Shown: positions 24,703 through 36,836 of the stretch, one piece after another
Numbering within the stretch: position 1 is the first letter of the stretch
How the letters are laid out: each line of letters begins with the position of its first letter
NCBI GenBank assembly: GCA_028534125.1
Contig: CM052818.1
Location: 9,116,001 to 9,180,000 of the forward strand
Reading direction: 5' to 3'
Origin: Lama glama
Taxonomy: Eukaryota
Length of the DNA stretch: 64,000 bases
Notes under the pieces: generated by a model
Databases searched by the model: none
The model's input: the letters and a program-made list of their open reading frames with translations, nothing else
Told to the model about the DNA's origin: nothing
Program-made: the position numbers and the translations under genes

Positions 24703-26164
24703 AAGTAAGTAACAAAACTCCGAGGAGAACTATTCATAGCCAAAGCCAGAAGGGCGGGGAATATTTTAAATTCTTAATTAAATGCCAACTTTTAAAATAT
24801 TTTAAATTTGTTTTGTTTAAATTGGCATAAAATGGAAGGCCTACAAAAGGTTCTCAAAATTACAAACAAGGGTGGCAGAAACAAGCATTTAAAATTTTTA
24901 ATAAAAACAGAACCCTAAATTCTATGTCTTTTTATGTAAAACAATGATGTCTGACCAGTACCACAGTGAAACAGACAGAATAGTCTGCAGATGACCCCAG
25001 GAGATCACTCTGGGTTGCGTGGACTGTAGACCAGCTGTGACGAACAGCCTCGCTATTTCTTCCAATTTCCCCTTTCTAAGGCTTCCATGGTGGCTTCCTC
25101 CCTCCCAGCAAGAGGGGTTGACACTTCCCATGGACACCCAAGGAGTCCAGATACAGGCAGCTGGCTCTCTCAGATAATGCTTGACAGTTGACATCCAAAC
25201 AGTCTGATACCAAGTAGTCTGTGTGAACCCCACTGACAAGGATGTTCACGACTTTGGTCTTGAAGGAGAGAGAGAACAGGAGAGAGGAAGTTCCTTCACT
25301 AGAATGCTCACTTATGACATGCTCAACAGAGCACCCGGCCCCCAGTTCCCTCTCTTGTAGACTTTGGCTTGTGAACTTCCAAGTTAAACCTTTGTGTATG
25401 ACTCTGTGAATCTGCTGAGCTCTGTTGCATGACAACCTATGCTTCAACCTAAGCTTTCCAGATGATGAGCATTCCTTGTGCCTTCCATGAGCTCATGAGT
25501 GTAATCTCTCTGTGGATCAGCAGTGTATAAAGTGAGACAGCGATCATTCTATTTAGAAGGCAAGTAAAGTCACGATCTGTTTTCTTTTTTTGTTTCAAAT
25601 TGTATTTTAAAAGTTTTTATTTTTTATTAATAGACTTGATTTTTTAGAGCACTCTTAGGTTCACAACTAATAGAGCAGAAAGTATGCAGAGTCCCATAGA
25701 CCTCCTGCTTCCGCACAAACATAACCTCTCCCATTAATGATCTGTTTTCCAGCGGATTGTCTTTAAAGCGCTTAAAAAGGATTTGGAATGAGACTTCATG
25801 GAAGTCTTTATAATGGAAGATGTAAAGTAATAGCTATCTATTTGCATATGGGAAGGCAATGTTTTTCTTGTATTTGTTGACATTATTTGACTTACAAATG
25901 GAATCATACTGTTTTATAACTTGCTTAATGTATCGGACATCTTTCCATCATTTTTTAAAAAGACTTGTAGTATCCCAGAACATGTATATCATTATGCTAA
26001 CCAATTGCATATTTATAAATATTTGCATTGTTTTCAATCTTTTGTTATTATGAACAATGCTGCGATCAATATCCTATACACGTATCTTTTTGCCCTTGAA
26101 TGATTATTTGTGTAGGATCAATTGCTAGAGGTAAAATTGCTGAGTCAAACAGTATGAATTCTTA

Positions 26165-26418
26165 ATTTTTTTTTTAGTTTTATTTGTTATTGAAGTGTAG
26201 TTGATTTACAATGTTAGTTTCAGTTGTACAGCAAAGCAATTCAGTTATACATATACATACACGTATATACATATATTTTCAGATTTTTTTCATTATAGCT
26301 TATTACAAGAAATTGAATATGATTCCCTGTATTACATAGTAAGTCCTTGTTGTTTATCTATTTTACATTTGATAATGTGTATCTGTTAATCCCAAACTCC
26401 CAATTTATCCCTCCCCAG
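26165..26418 (-). mobile_element. L1 3'-end fragment inside an older L1 remnant (~25850-26460)
   Basis: ttgaagtgtagttgatttacaatg...cccaaactcccaatttatccctcccc. Flanks tgaattctta / tgaatgctta. Confidence 0.8.
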
Positions 26419-26479
26419 TGAATGCTTATATGTTAATAGATATTGCCAAGTAGTCCCTCCAAGAACTACTGTATGTTCC

Positions 26480-26550
26480 CTGTGTGTATGTGTGTGTGTG
26501 TAAGTACTGGAGATTGAACCCACTCTACCACTGAACTGTACCCACCCCCA
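26480..26550 (-). mobile_element. Internally deleted Vic-1-like SINE with a (TG)n tail
   Basis: gtactggagattgaaccc-actctaccactgaactgtacccacccc. Confidence 0.7.
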
Positions 26551-28647
26551 CAGTGTTCTTATATAAACACTGTATCAGGATAAGGCAGTGATTTTCAGAC
26601 TCCTGTTGCATGGGAACTCTTTCTTTGAAAGAAATCCTTTTCAGAATCCAAAATGTAAAACAGAAAAAGAGCTTCATTTGGGCAGAAGCTGATACAGAGG
26701 TGGGAGGCCTGCAGCTCTGCCTCCCTTAGACCTCCGAGGCACGTCCATGTGGCCTCCTGGAACACAAAACAACACAGTACAGTTCTTTCTTTCTTTCTAT
26801 CCTGAAATATTACTTGGCTGAAAGTAGGACTAACGTGATATAAGACCTAAAAATTATTATAAAATCCCTAATTACACCTCAATTTCAGACATAATTTTCA
26901 GTAATTTAGTCCCAGCACTTTCATTAGTTTCTTTTCCTTTACAATGAGCATCTGATTGTGGCTAAGTTCTGGTCCTTTTAGATTGTCAGATAATTTCCAT
27001 CATTGTCTAAATTGTACTAAATGTATGAAACCTAAAGTTGCTCTCACTGGGATCAGCACTTTCATTTTGAGGTTCTCTTCATTTTAATAAAAAATAAACA
27101 AATATTCAAATATTGGTTTTCAAAAGTCAAATATTTGAATAAAATATTCAAATAATTACATAAATAAACTCATCAACAAAAGCAGTTACCGCCAAAACCA
27201 AACTGAAACTCTTGATTGTTATCACCATATATTTCAAATTATTAATTCACTAACTGATACAGAAAAACCTGAACTGAGGGAAGGTGGGTTGGAGTCTGAG
27301 CATAGAAGGGCAGGTAGTAAAGATCCAAAGAACCACCTGGATGTTAGTGTAATCAGTGACTCTATTCAGTTGTTTAGAAGACTATTTGCAATTTTCCAGG
27401 AAAATAATGAAAGAAGAGTGCACTAAGTAAAGAAAATATAAATGTCCACTTAGGCTAGGGAGCCACTCTGGATCCAAGCTCCTGCAAGAGTCTTCATAAT
27501 GGAGGTCTCTGCTTCCCCTGATTTTCCAGGAGAATACTGGTCTCTATTTCTCTCTCTTCTTTTTCTAAACCTTTTCACTTTTATTCTGATTTTTGTCAGA
27601 TTGAAGAGAAGTCACCCAAGGTTTATTTCAAGTTGCTTCACATAGGTATAATTAGGCTTATTATTTTTAGCCAACCAGATATTGTCCCCCTTTTCATCAT
27701 TATAAATTGCTTCTTAAAAGCATCCAGAAATCCTGGCTCTTAGAGACAAAGCTGGAACACTTTCATCTATCTTAAAGGAGCAGATCTTTAGCCTCAATCA
27801 GATGCTTATTGTGAAGGAAGAAGAAACTCAGTAGAAAACACACAGAACACTAGAATGATTTTATTCATTGATTCAACAGATGTATGAGTCCCTGCGAAGC
27901 AATGTGCTAGTTGCTAAGGGAGTAAAAAATGTATAAACCATGTCACTACTCTGAGATTATGATATCACCAGGGCAACTAGGCTCACACACTAAGAAAGTT
28001 ATATGATAATTTAAGTAGTTTTTGAATAAAATATGAAATGAGTGATACAGATTGTAGTTGCTATAGAAGACCCACTCTTTCATAGTCTCAGTTCATTAAC
28101 CATCTAATAGTTTCTCATGCCCTTGTACCTGCTCTAGACTTCATGCCCAGCCACTTTAATGAGAGCAGCATCTTAGAATCCTTTGCCCACTTCATCTTTC
28201 ATATATGCCTTATTAATCCTCAGTCTTCAGTAGTTTACTTTCCCAGATTGCTGAACAGGGGTGGAGAGAATTATATTCTTTACTCTACTTGACTCTCTGG
28301 GTGTTATCTCACGGTAGCTCTTCCCATTCTTCCTACTCTCCTGGAGCTCCTGATCCCAGAGTGTTCTTCATCTCAGAGGCTGACCTGACCTCCTTTGCTG
28401 CAGGAATCAGGGACATCTCGCTTGATTTCACCTTCCATCCTTCCAATCTGAAATTGTTTCTGATCCTCACTCTTCCTTTGCAAAAATAATTTCACCCTTT
28501 CGTAATGATTCTCTCCCCTACAAAAGTCCTCCAGAATTTGACCTAGCCATGATCCTCCCTCTCCTGTGGGAGCTGCACTTCCTCAGTCTCTGTTGGCTTC
28601 TTCTCAACCCTCAAACATGTTTAAGATTCTTCTATTCCCACACCTCC

Positions 28648-29097
28648 TGCATTAGCTACCTATTGCCCCATAACAAATTATCTCAATATTTAGCAGATTA
28701 AAACAACAAGCACTTATTATCTCACAGTTTCTGAAGGTCAGGAATATAAGAGAATATCAGCCACTTAGCTGGTGGTCATTCTGGCCCTGGGACTCTCAGG
28801 AGGCTGCAATCAAGATGTCAACCAGAGCTTGACTGGGCTGCAGAATCCACTTCCAGGGTTGAGTTCCCTCACAACAGGACAGCTGGCTTCCCCCAGAGCA
28901 AGCAATCCCAGAAAGCAAGTGACCTGAGAAGGAAGCCCCATTGCCTTTTTTGACCTAACCTCAGATGTGGCACAACATCACTTCTGCCTACAAGCAAGTT
29001 ACCAAATTCAGCCCATACTCAACAGAGCCAAATTAGTCTCCACCTCTTAAAGAAAGAAATTTCAAAAAATGCGTGGACATATTTTAAGGCTGCCATA
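28648..29097 (-). mobile_element. MLT1 (F/H-like) LTR
   Basis: ttattatctcacagtttctgaaggtcagga...gaggctgcaatcaagatgtc...catcacttctgcc...ccacctctt. Confidence 0.8.
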
Positions 29098-29269
29098 GCT
29101 CTCAAACTGTTTTTCATGCCTGCTGGTTCTTCAGGCTACTTTGTGGCTCCTAATCCTTCAGTGCCACTCTTCTCAAAACAGGGTTCTACTCCCTTCCTTA
29201 CTTTCTCATTACCCAATATTCAATGTTGACAATCCACATTATCATCACCTAGATGAACACTACAGCTAT

Positions 29270-29690
29270 TGGGCTTAATACTCAAATTAGCATGGCATTC
29301 AAGGTCCTGCAAAAGCTAGCCACAGCTTCCCTTTTCATTTGAGCTCCCCGTTCCTTTGAAACCTCAGCCAGTTGGACTTACCATTCCCCAAACATGCCCT
29401 CTGCTCTGCCACCTCTGTGCCTTTGCTCAGATGGCTTCCCTTACCAGGAAGACCCTCTCCTTACTTTCTCATTTGTCAAGACCCAGTTCAAATGCCATTT
29501 CATCCAAAGATTTCCTTGATTTTCCCCAACCAGAAACATCCCCTCCCTCCTCTGCACACCAGAGCACAGTGTCAACTTGAATGCAGTCACCTCATTTCAT
29601 ACCATACTGTGTTGTATACATCATTGTATTCCTTTCAGCACCCCAACAATACCTTGCTCATACTAAGTCTTTAATCTGTTTTGAAGGAAT
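29270..29690 (+). mobile_element. L2 3' fragment
   Basis: ctgccacctctgtgcctttgctca...tcaagacccagttcaaatgcca. Confidence 0.65.
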
Positions 29691-31059
29691 ACATTTTCCT
29701 AAATCATTAAAATTTAATTTTACTCCCATCAAAAGACAAATTAAAGTCCTTATAATCTCCAACTCTGTAACACTAATATATTGAGGAGAATTGCAGAATG
29801 GTCTGTGCTAAAGAAAAAAATAGTCTTTTCTATTATTTGAACAATTTTAATGCAGTGACTCAAATCATGATTATTCTCCAAAATGATTTGCTTCTGAGAT
29901 ATGTTTGCCTATAGTATTTTTACAATTCCTGGTCAACATGAAATTTCCATGGAAACAGATCACACACACTGGAGAAGAAAGGAACTGAATTGTGTTTGAG
30001 CTGCATTTTGTCATCTCCATGGAGCTATTTGTGCTAAATATTCGAGTGCACAGGCGAAGTATCTTAAAATCACCTAAGTGAGGATATAATATTTAATACT
30101 TTCAAAAATGACAATATCTGCAATGAGTTATAAAGATTTTTATTAATATGTGAAGATAATATGAAGTTTGAATATTTTTTGACTCATATATTAGTAACAC
30201 CAAATCAAATACTCTTTTGCCTCTTTGCTAGTGCATAAAAGGGAAAGGGACTAAATGTTCAGCATGGAAAGGGAGATGCAGCTGTTTTGGGCCTCTAGAT
30301 AAAATGATTTCTTCCAGCTATCATTCAGCTGCTTATACAAAAATCTTCTCATCTAGATTCACTGTCTAGCAAAGAGCTATCTAACAATTTTGATTTTAAA
30401 TATGACTAATCAAATAGCGACAGTTTGTTTAAAACACATATATGAAAATATCTTTTACTCTCTAAATAGTGCTATAAACTTTCTGATTTATGATTTGAGA
30501 AATGTGTTCTTTTCCTCAGCACTGCAAAAACTTACCATTATTTTAACCTACTTAAATTAACTAGAAAGACTGTATCTTAAAGGTTATCTTTTTCCAATCT
30601 GTCTTTGGAATATTAATCTATCTTTGTAAATTGAAATTCTTAGACATCTTTACAAACAACTCAAAATGTTCAAGTGGCATCAGAAGCAATTTTCCTTAAA
30701 TCCTCATGTACGTGTATCAACTGTTGACTTTTATTTTTACATTTCGATAAATGTAATCAGAACAAAAATTGCATAGAAAAAAGGAAAAGAATTACAAAAG
30801 CTGTACATTGTGTTCATTGAAAATGTGCATATACGCCATTAATATAAAGAAATTGCATCATACATGTATTACTTGCTCCATAATCATGACAATTACTGAT
30901 TTTTAATGTTGATGAAAGAAGGCATTGGTAAAGGCAATTGAAATGTACTAGTAACATACTTAACTTGTTCTTTACGGACAAACTCTGTATACCAAAATTT
31001 ATCTTGCAAAAAGAATGACATCTTTTATTAAAAAACAAAACAAAACAAAACAGCAGAAA

Positions 31060-31270
31060 GCTAACAGATAAACAAGTTTATGCTGTATAGCACAGGAAAC
31101 TATATTCAGTATCTTGTAGTAACCTATAATGAAAAAGAATATGAAAATGAATATATGTATGTACGACCGAACTAGTATGCTGTCCACCAGAAATTGACAC
31201 ATTGTAAACTGACAATACTTCAATTTTAAAAAATAATAATAAAAAGTTTTTTTAATTAAAAAATTTTTTT
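31060..31270 (+). mobile_element. Short L1 3' end
   Basis: ctgtatagcacaggaaactatattcagtatcttg...gaaattgacacattgtaaactgac plus A-rich tail. Flanks aacagcagaa / aacagtagaa. Confidence 0.85.
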
Positions 31271-31834
31271 AACAGTAGAATGTTGCCAATGGAGTATCAC
31301 TTCCATTTGGCTAATTTTAATTATTTTCTGATAGTTATGCCCCAGTGGCAATTTGAATGAAGCCCCTACCTAGTTGGGCAGAATAAGGCTGAGTGATAAC
31401 AACCCCCTCAGAGAGGCTGGCTGCATGCTCAGCCACTTTCTCCAGCTGGGGGAGGGGCTGCCTCCTAGGGCTTTGCTTCTGTTCCCTCACGGGTCTTTGT
31501 AGGGCTGCCTATATTTTCAACTAAATTACAGCCAACCATGCTTAAAGGAGTCAGAGCTCCAGTTATACGATTCGTCCCACTTATAGGAATCAGCTTTCTT
31601 TTTCTGGGGCAGCTGTGGCTATTATTGAAATAAATAGCAGCTCAGAGACTCTGAGATGGTTACACTTTGACCCTTCCAGAGGGTGTGACTTGGATGGACA
31701 GAGGGCCATGTGCTCAAAAGAAAGATAAGCCTAAAATCCAAGATGTGACAACAGAGGCAAAAAAGGATGAAAAAACCAAAATACTCAGGTCTGGAAAGTG
31801 ATAGTTTGATTACATTTAATGAAAATTTACACAC

Positions 31835-32276
31835 CATAATCTGTTTTTCCCTTCAGAGTCATTCTCCAGCCTACTTTGTGTCCAGAGAGGCTGACCTATA
31901 TGGGCTGCATCACTGGGCCCCCTTGCCCTCTGGCTGCCACTTAGTTTCAGCCAATCTGGAAGGGGGCTGATACTGCTAGGAAATTGGTTAGAGAACAAAG
32001 AAGGGATATTTACTTTTCTGGCTCCCTCCCTACCACATAGGTTGGCTGTTTCCCTCTGCCAAAATTACCACTCTTTGCAGGTGGCCCTCACAACATAGCT
32101 CTTCCTCAAGGGTTTAGAAACCATCCCCTCCCCTTACCTCTTCACGTTTAAGGGTGGAAATAGGTCTCTGCTGTTACAGCACCTCTCCTTATTTTTTCTA
32201 AACTTTGCCTTTATAAAACACTCCTTAATAACCCAGTTTGTAGGTGCCATCTGTTTCCTGGATCCTGACTGATACA
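31835..32276 (+). mobile_element. LTR33-like ERVL LTR
   Basis: gaggctgacctatatgggctgcatcactggg...ttgccctctggct; ends gccatctgtttcctg...gactgataca. Confidence 0.75.
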
Positions 32277-33819
32277 GATGGTACTGATTTTCAACAAGAA
32301 ATCTCAGAAACGTATTTCTACATTGCAATTCAACTACACAATGACATTCATATAATGGAGGCATTTCCTTGGTCATGGCATAGTTTGTAACTAAAACCTT
32401 CTCAGCCCTTCAAGCTGATCCTGGAGGTACATTGTTTTCTCCCTTTGCACTAGTGAAAGGGAAACAGAGCAGTCCTTCCTTCCATTCTGTGGATAAACTG
32501 AAATGCTGGGCACATCATGAACAATAAGCCTATAGTTTTCCTTCAATTGTGGCCAATCTGTCTGACTAATCTTCAGTCCTGGTTACTGGTTTTCAAGTTT
32601 GGCTCCCTGCTGAGGCTGGAGCCTGACTTTGAACTCCAGATTGTAAATCTTGCCAACACTTTCCCCAGTAATTTTTTCCCCATTGTCTGTCAGTGGCTTG
32701 TTGCTTCCTACATTACCAAGATGGACTTCCTTGTCACTGTTATCTCTGGGCTGCTTCTAAACCTGAGAACTATTTGTCTTGAAAATCCCTTCTATTAACA
32801 CTACCCCTGTTCCTCAGATTGGAATCATGTTTACTGAAACTCCTGTGATTTTCTATTTGGACTGCTAACCCCTCCTTGGAGGTTATGCCTATAGGATAAT
32901 TTATCCCCCAGCTCCCATGCTTCCTACCTGGGCTACTGGCTTGGGGATTCTGGACTAGTTGATGACCAAGGTTACATCACTCATGATCAATGCAAACAGA
33001 AGGGGAATGGATAATACAGTATTTAAAATAAACAGAAAGCAAGAACCAGGAAGTGTGCTTTCAGCAAATACTAAAAATAATGTAATACAAGTATTGCTGT
33101 TTATTCACGAACTGACATTTTGGTATTCGATATACAAATCAGCACTTGTAAGTTAATTCCCTAAGGCTTAATCATTCTAGATGAGCTTCAAAATAATATT
33201 TTCAGATTTAAAAGCCTGAAAATCAAAATCCTGAAAAAGGGAGTGATAACAATTCTCAGACTCCAGAATAAAGAATCTGCCAAGAAACAATCTTAAATGT
33301 CTAAAAATAGGAGAAAGATTAAAATTATAGTGTTAATTAATACTATAATTAATAAAATTATAGTATTAGTACCCAATACCCAAATTATAGCATTAATACC
33401 TACCATGTATCAGGCATTGTACACATATTATGTTCTTCAGCAGTGCTGAAAACTTGGCATTTTACCATGACTGAGGCTGAGAAAGGTTACCTATCTCTAA
33501 TCACACTGCTAGTATTGGGGAAAATAAAATTTGAATTCAGACTTGTTTAAAAAGCTCACATTCTTGCTATGTTATGTTACTATATCAATATGATAAAATA
33601 TTGGGCAGCCCTTAAAATAATATGATGACTCTATCAATTTAGAAGAAAATGTATATGAAAAATGTAAGTGCAATATAATATAAAAACATGAACATTCAAT
33701 GATCCTAAAATCATTTATACAAGGGAACTTAGACAAATTAAAATAGTTGCCACTTTAGAGCAATAATGTATTGCTAAATTTATAATACTTCATTTTGGGG
33801 GAGCTATTATAAATAATTT

Positions 33820-34890
33820 TTTTAATTTTGGTTTTCAATTCATCATTAGTATATAGAAATACAACTGATTTTGTGTGTGTGTGTTGACTTTATAACCTTG
33901 CTAAACTCACTTACTAATTCTAGCAGATTTTTTTTGCAGGGTTTGGGGGGGATAGATCCCTTGGGATTTTCTTTGTAGACAGTTAAGTCATCTGCAGAGT
34001 TCTTCCTTTCTACTCTGCATACCTTTTATTTATTTTTCTTGTTTCCACTGGCTAGGATTTCCAGTATGATGTTGAATAGGAGAGAGATAGCCTTGCCTTG
34101 TTCTTGATCTTAGGGGGAAGTGGTCAGCCTTTAATTATGAAGTGTAATGTCAGCTGTAGGCTTTTTGTAGATGCCCTTTATCATGCAGAGGAAAGTCACT
34201 TCTATCCCTTGTTTGCTGAGGGGTCCTTTTTTAATCATGAATTGGCACTTAATTTTTTCAAATTATTTTTCTGCATTAATTAAACAGTCATGTGGTTTTC
34301 TTCTTTAGTAAGTTGGTAATTACATTAACTTTTCAATACTGAACCAGCCCTGTGTTCCCAGAATAAACTCCACTTGGTCATGATGTATTATTATTTTTTT
34401 ATATTACTTAAGTAAATTTGATTTTGAAGTCAATTGAAGATTTTTCTGTCTATGTTCATGAGGGACACATATGTAGTTTTCTTTTCTTGTAATGTCTTTG
34501 GTTTTAGCATCAGGGTAATGATGGCCATAAGTTCAGGATTGTTCCCTCCTCATCCCTCTCTATTTTATCTTGGATGAGTTTTGGTACATTTCATCTAAGT
34601 TGTTGAGTTTATGTGTATAGAGTTGTTTGCATTATTCTCTTATTATCTTTTTTATGTGATTAAATCTGCTTTTTATTTATTTACTTATTTATTTTAGTCT
34701 TTTAATTAAAATTTTTTTCTTTTTGTCGGGGGGAGGTAATTAGGTTTTTTTCATTATTTTTATATTTTATTGTATTATTATTTTTTTAACAGAGGTACTG
34801 GGGATTGAACCCAGGACCTTGTGCCTACTAAGCATGCACTCCACGGCTTATTATCCTTTCAATGTCTGTAGAGCATGTAGTGATATCCCT
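33820..34890 (-). mobile_element. Old L1 ORF2 fragment containing a 5'-truncated Vic-1-like SINE (~34660-34846)
   Basis: ccttgccttgttcttgatcttaggggg, tgaaccagccctgtgttccca. SINE gaggtactggggattgaacccagg with flanking cttattatc(t/c)ttt at 34639 and 34847. Confidence 0.8.
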
Positions 34891-35159
34891 TCCTTCAGTC
34901 AGGATAGGGTTTCTGACTCCCACATTCAATGTATTAGAAGAAAAATATATTCATACTCATCCCTCCCTCCATTTTTTTGTGTGTGTTTTTCTGTTTGCAA
35001 TGTAACACATTTTCTAGGAATACTTATTTATCTCATCAAAAATGTCCCATGAAAATGTAAGTAACTCAGAACTTTGGTGTGGGATTCATTTATGATTCTT
35101 AGCTCACCTAGTAGAATTTGACATATAAGGAAATACATAGTGAAACATACGTAAGGTTT

Positions 35160-35930
35160 AGTCTTAGTTAGGATTTGGTTCAGCTATGAATGACAAAAAC
35201 AAAAATAACAGTAGGTTACATAATATGTATCTATTTTTCTCTCACATAAAGTGGGAAGTAAAAGGTTCAAGGTTGATACGGTGCTTCATTGTGTCAGGAA
35301 TTCACATTCTTTGTTTCTTGATGCTCTGCCGTGTATGACTTTGATTACTTCATGATTATCTCATGATCCAAAATGATTGTAACAGCTCCAGCCATCTCAG
35401 GAATAAGGGAAGGTAATGGCTCCTCTCTTTTAAGGACACTTCCTGAACGTTGCACATAGCACGTAAGCTTACATCTTTTGGGCTAGAACATAGTCACAGT
35501 GCCATACCTTGTAATAAGAAAGGTTGAGAAATATAGTTATATTCTGGGCAGCTATACCCACCTAGAAAATGAGAGTTGTTACCATTGAAAGGGGAAGAAT
35601 GAATGAGGGCCAACAAGCATTCTCTGACAGGACTGTATTCTTAGGAAATCCTTATTTTGTAAAAAAAAAAAAAAAAAAAAACAGAAACTGAAATCAAATT
35701 AGCATAAACAATAAAAGAGATATATTGGCTTATGTAACTGGAAAGACCAGAGTTAGAAGGAGTTTTAGTGTTTGTTTGATTCAGGAGAATTTTGATGTCG
35801 TCATGGACACAACTTCCTTCCATTTTTCTGGTTAGCCTTCTTTTCTGTCAACTTCATTATAAGTTTAGCTTAGTTATGGCAAAAAGTCTTCAGAAGTTAT
35901 AAGCTTCACATCCTCAGAGTGTCCAGAAGG
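35160..35930 (-). mobile_element. Old MLT1 LTR fragments
   Basis: cagctccagccatctca, ttaaggacacttcctgaa, ggctagaacatagtcaca. Confidence 0.65.
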
Positions 35931-35954
35931 AAACAAAGTATTGTCTTCTGGTAA

Positions 35955-36066
35955 CTATAGTGAATAACTGTCACAATTTGCCCAGGACTATCCCAGGTAT
36001 AGCACTGAAATTCTAAGTTCAGGGAAACCCCTCAGTACCAGACAAACCAAGATGGTGGTCATTTAC
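35955..36066. mobile_element. MER81-like hAT MITE
   Basis: tttgcccaggactatccc...agcactgaaa...gggaaacccctcagtacc...ggtggtca. Confidence 0.65.
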
Positions 36067-36127
36067 CTGGTAACTCTCTCAGAAGGATTCAGGATCCCCC
36101 AGGTCTCTTCTCAGCCTATTGCACCAA

Positions 36128-36240
36128 ATGCTAATCTCTTCCAGAAACACTCTCACAGACACATCCAGAAGTAATGTTTTACCAGCTATCTGGGCATCTC
36201 TTGGGCAAGACAAGTTAACACATTAAAATGAGCCATAACA
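36128..36240 (-). mobile_element. MLT2 LTR end
   Basis: tgctaatctcttccagaaacactctcacagacacatccagaagtaatgttttaccagctatctgggcat...ccataaca. Confidence 0.8.
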
Positions 36241-36242
36241 GT

Positions 36243-36400
36243 CCTTAACCTCTGGGATCTGGTGCTGTCTCCAGGTGGATAGTGTCAGAATTGAGTTAAA
36301 TTTGTAGGCCATCTAGTCAGTGTCTGCCTAGAATTGGAGAATTGCTTGATGTGAGATAAACTACCACACATCTGGTGTCAGAAGTACTGGGAATAGAGAG
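36243..36400 (+). mobile_element. MER21-like LTR fragment
   Basis: gatagtgtcagaattgagttaaa...ggagaattgcttgatgtg...cacacatctggtgtcagaagt. Confidence 0.75.
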
Positions 36401-36451
36401 AAATAGAATTTTCCTTTACAGAGAATTTCTGGAGTTCTGAGGTATGAATTA

Positions 36452-36836
36452 CAGGTGTTCCTCTCCACCCCCAACACCTATCGAAAGGAGAGCATTCCTA
36501 TGAAAAATTTCCTCAGCCAAACGGCATAAAGCAAAGACGCAATTACCTTAGGACACATCGTGCTAACGGATACACAAAATAAACTGAGATGTTCAAAGAC
36601 ACAGTTCAAAGCTGTGGCGGCTTGATGCTGAGATTCTGAGTATAGTTCCTCAGGGAAAGAGTTAAGCAGTGCCACTCAGCTCACTGCAAAACATATAATG
36701 AATGCTACTTTCGGTTTTCACCTTTTTTTCCCCAATAAAAAAAGAAAATCCTCTTTGGATTTCTCCCATTTAGTGAAAATAGGCAATAATGCAGGTTTTT
36801 CATAAAAGTGAACTTTTGAAATGTGGGAGTTGCCTG
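36452..36836. mobile_element. TcMar-Tigger non-autonomous element
   Basis: TA|caggtgttcc ... ggagttgcctg|TA: inverted ends with a TA target duplication. Confidence 0.7.

Noticed and set aside
25168..25209. YQTVWMSTVKHYLR on the - strand as an SH2 beta-strand motif
   Set aside because: A single short motif without convincing flanking SH2 features; include it only as a by-product check in the kinase search.
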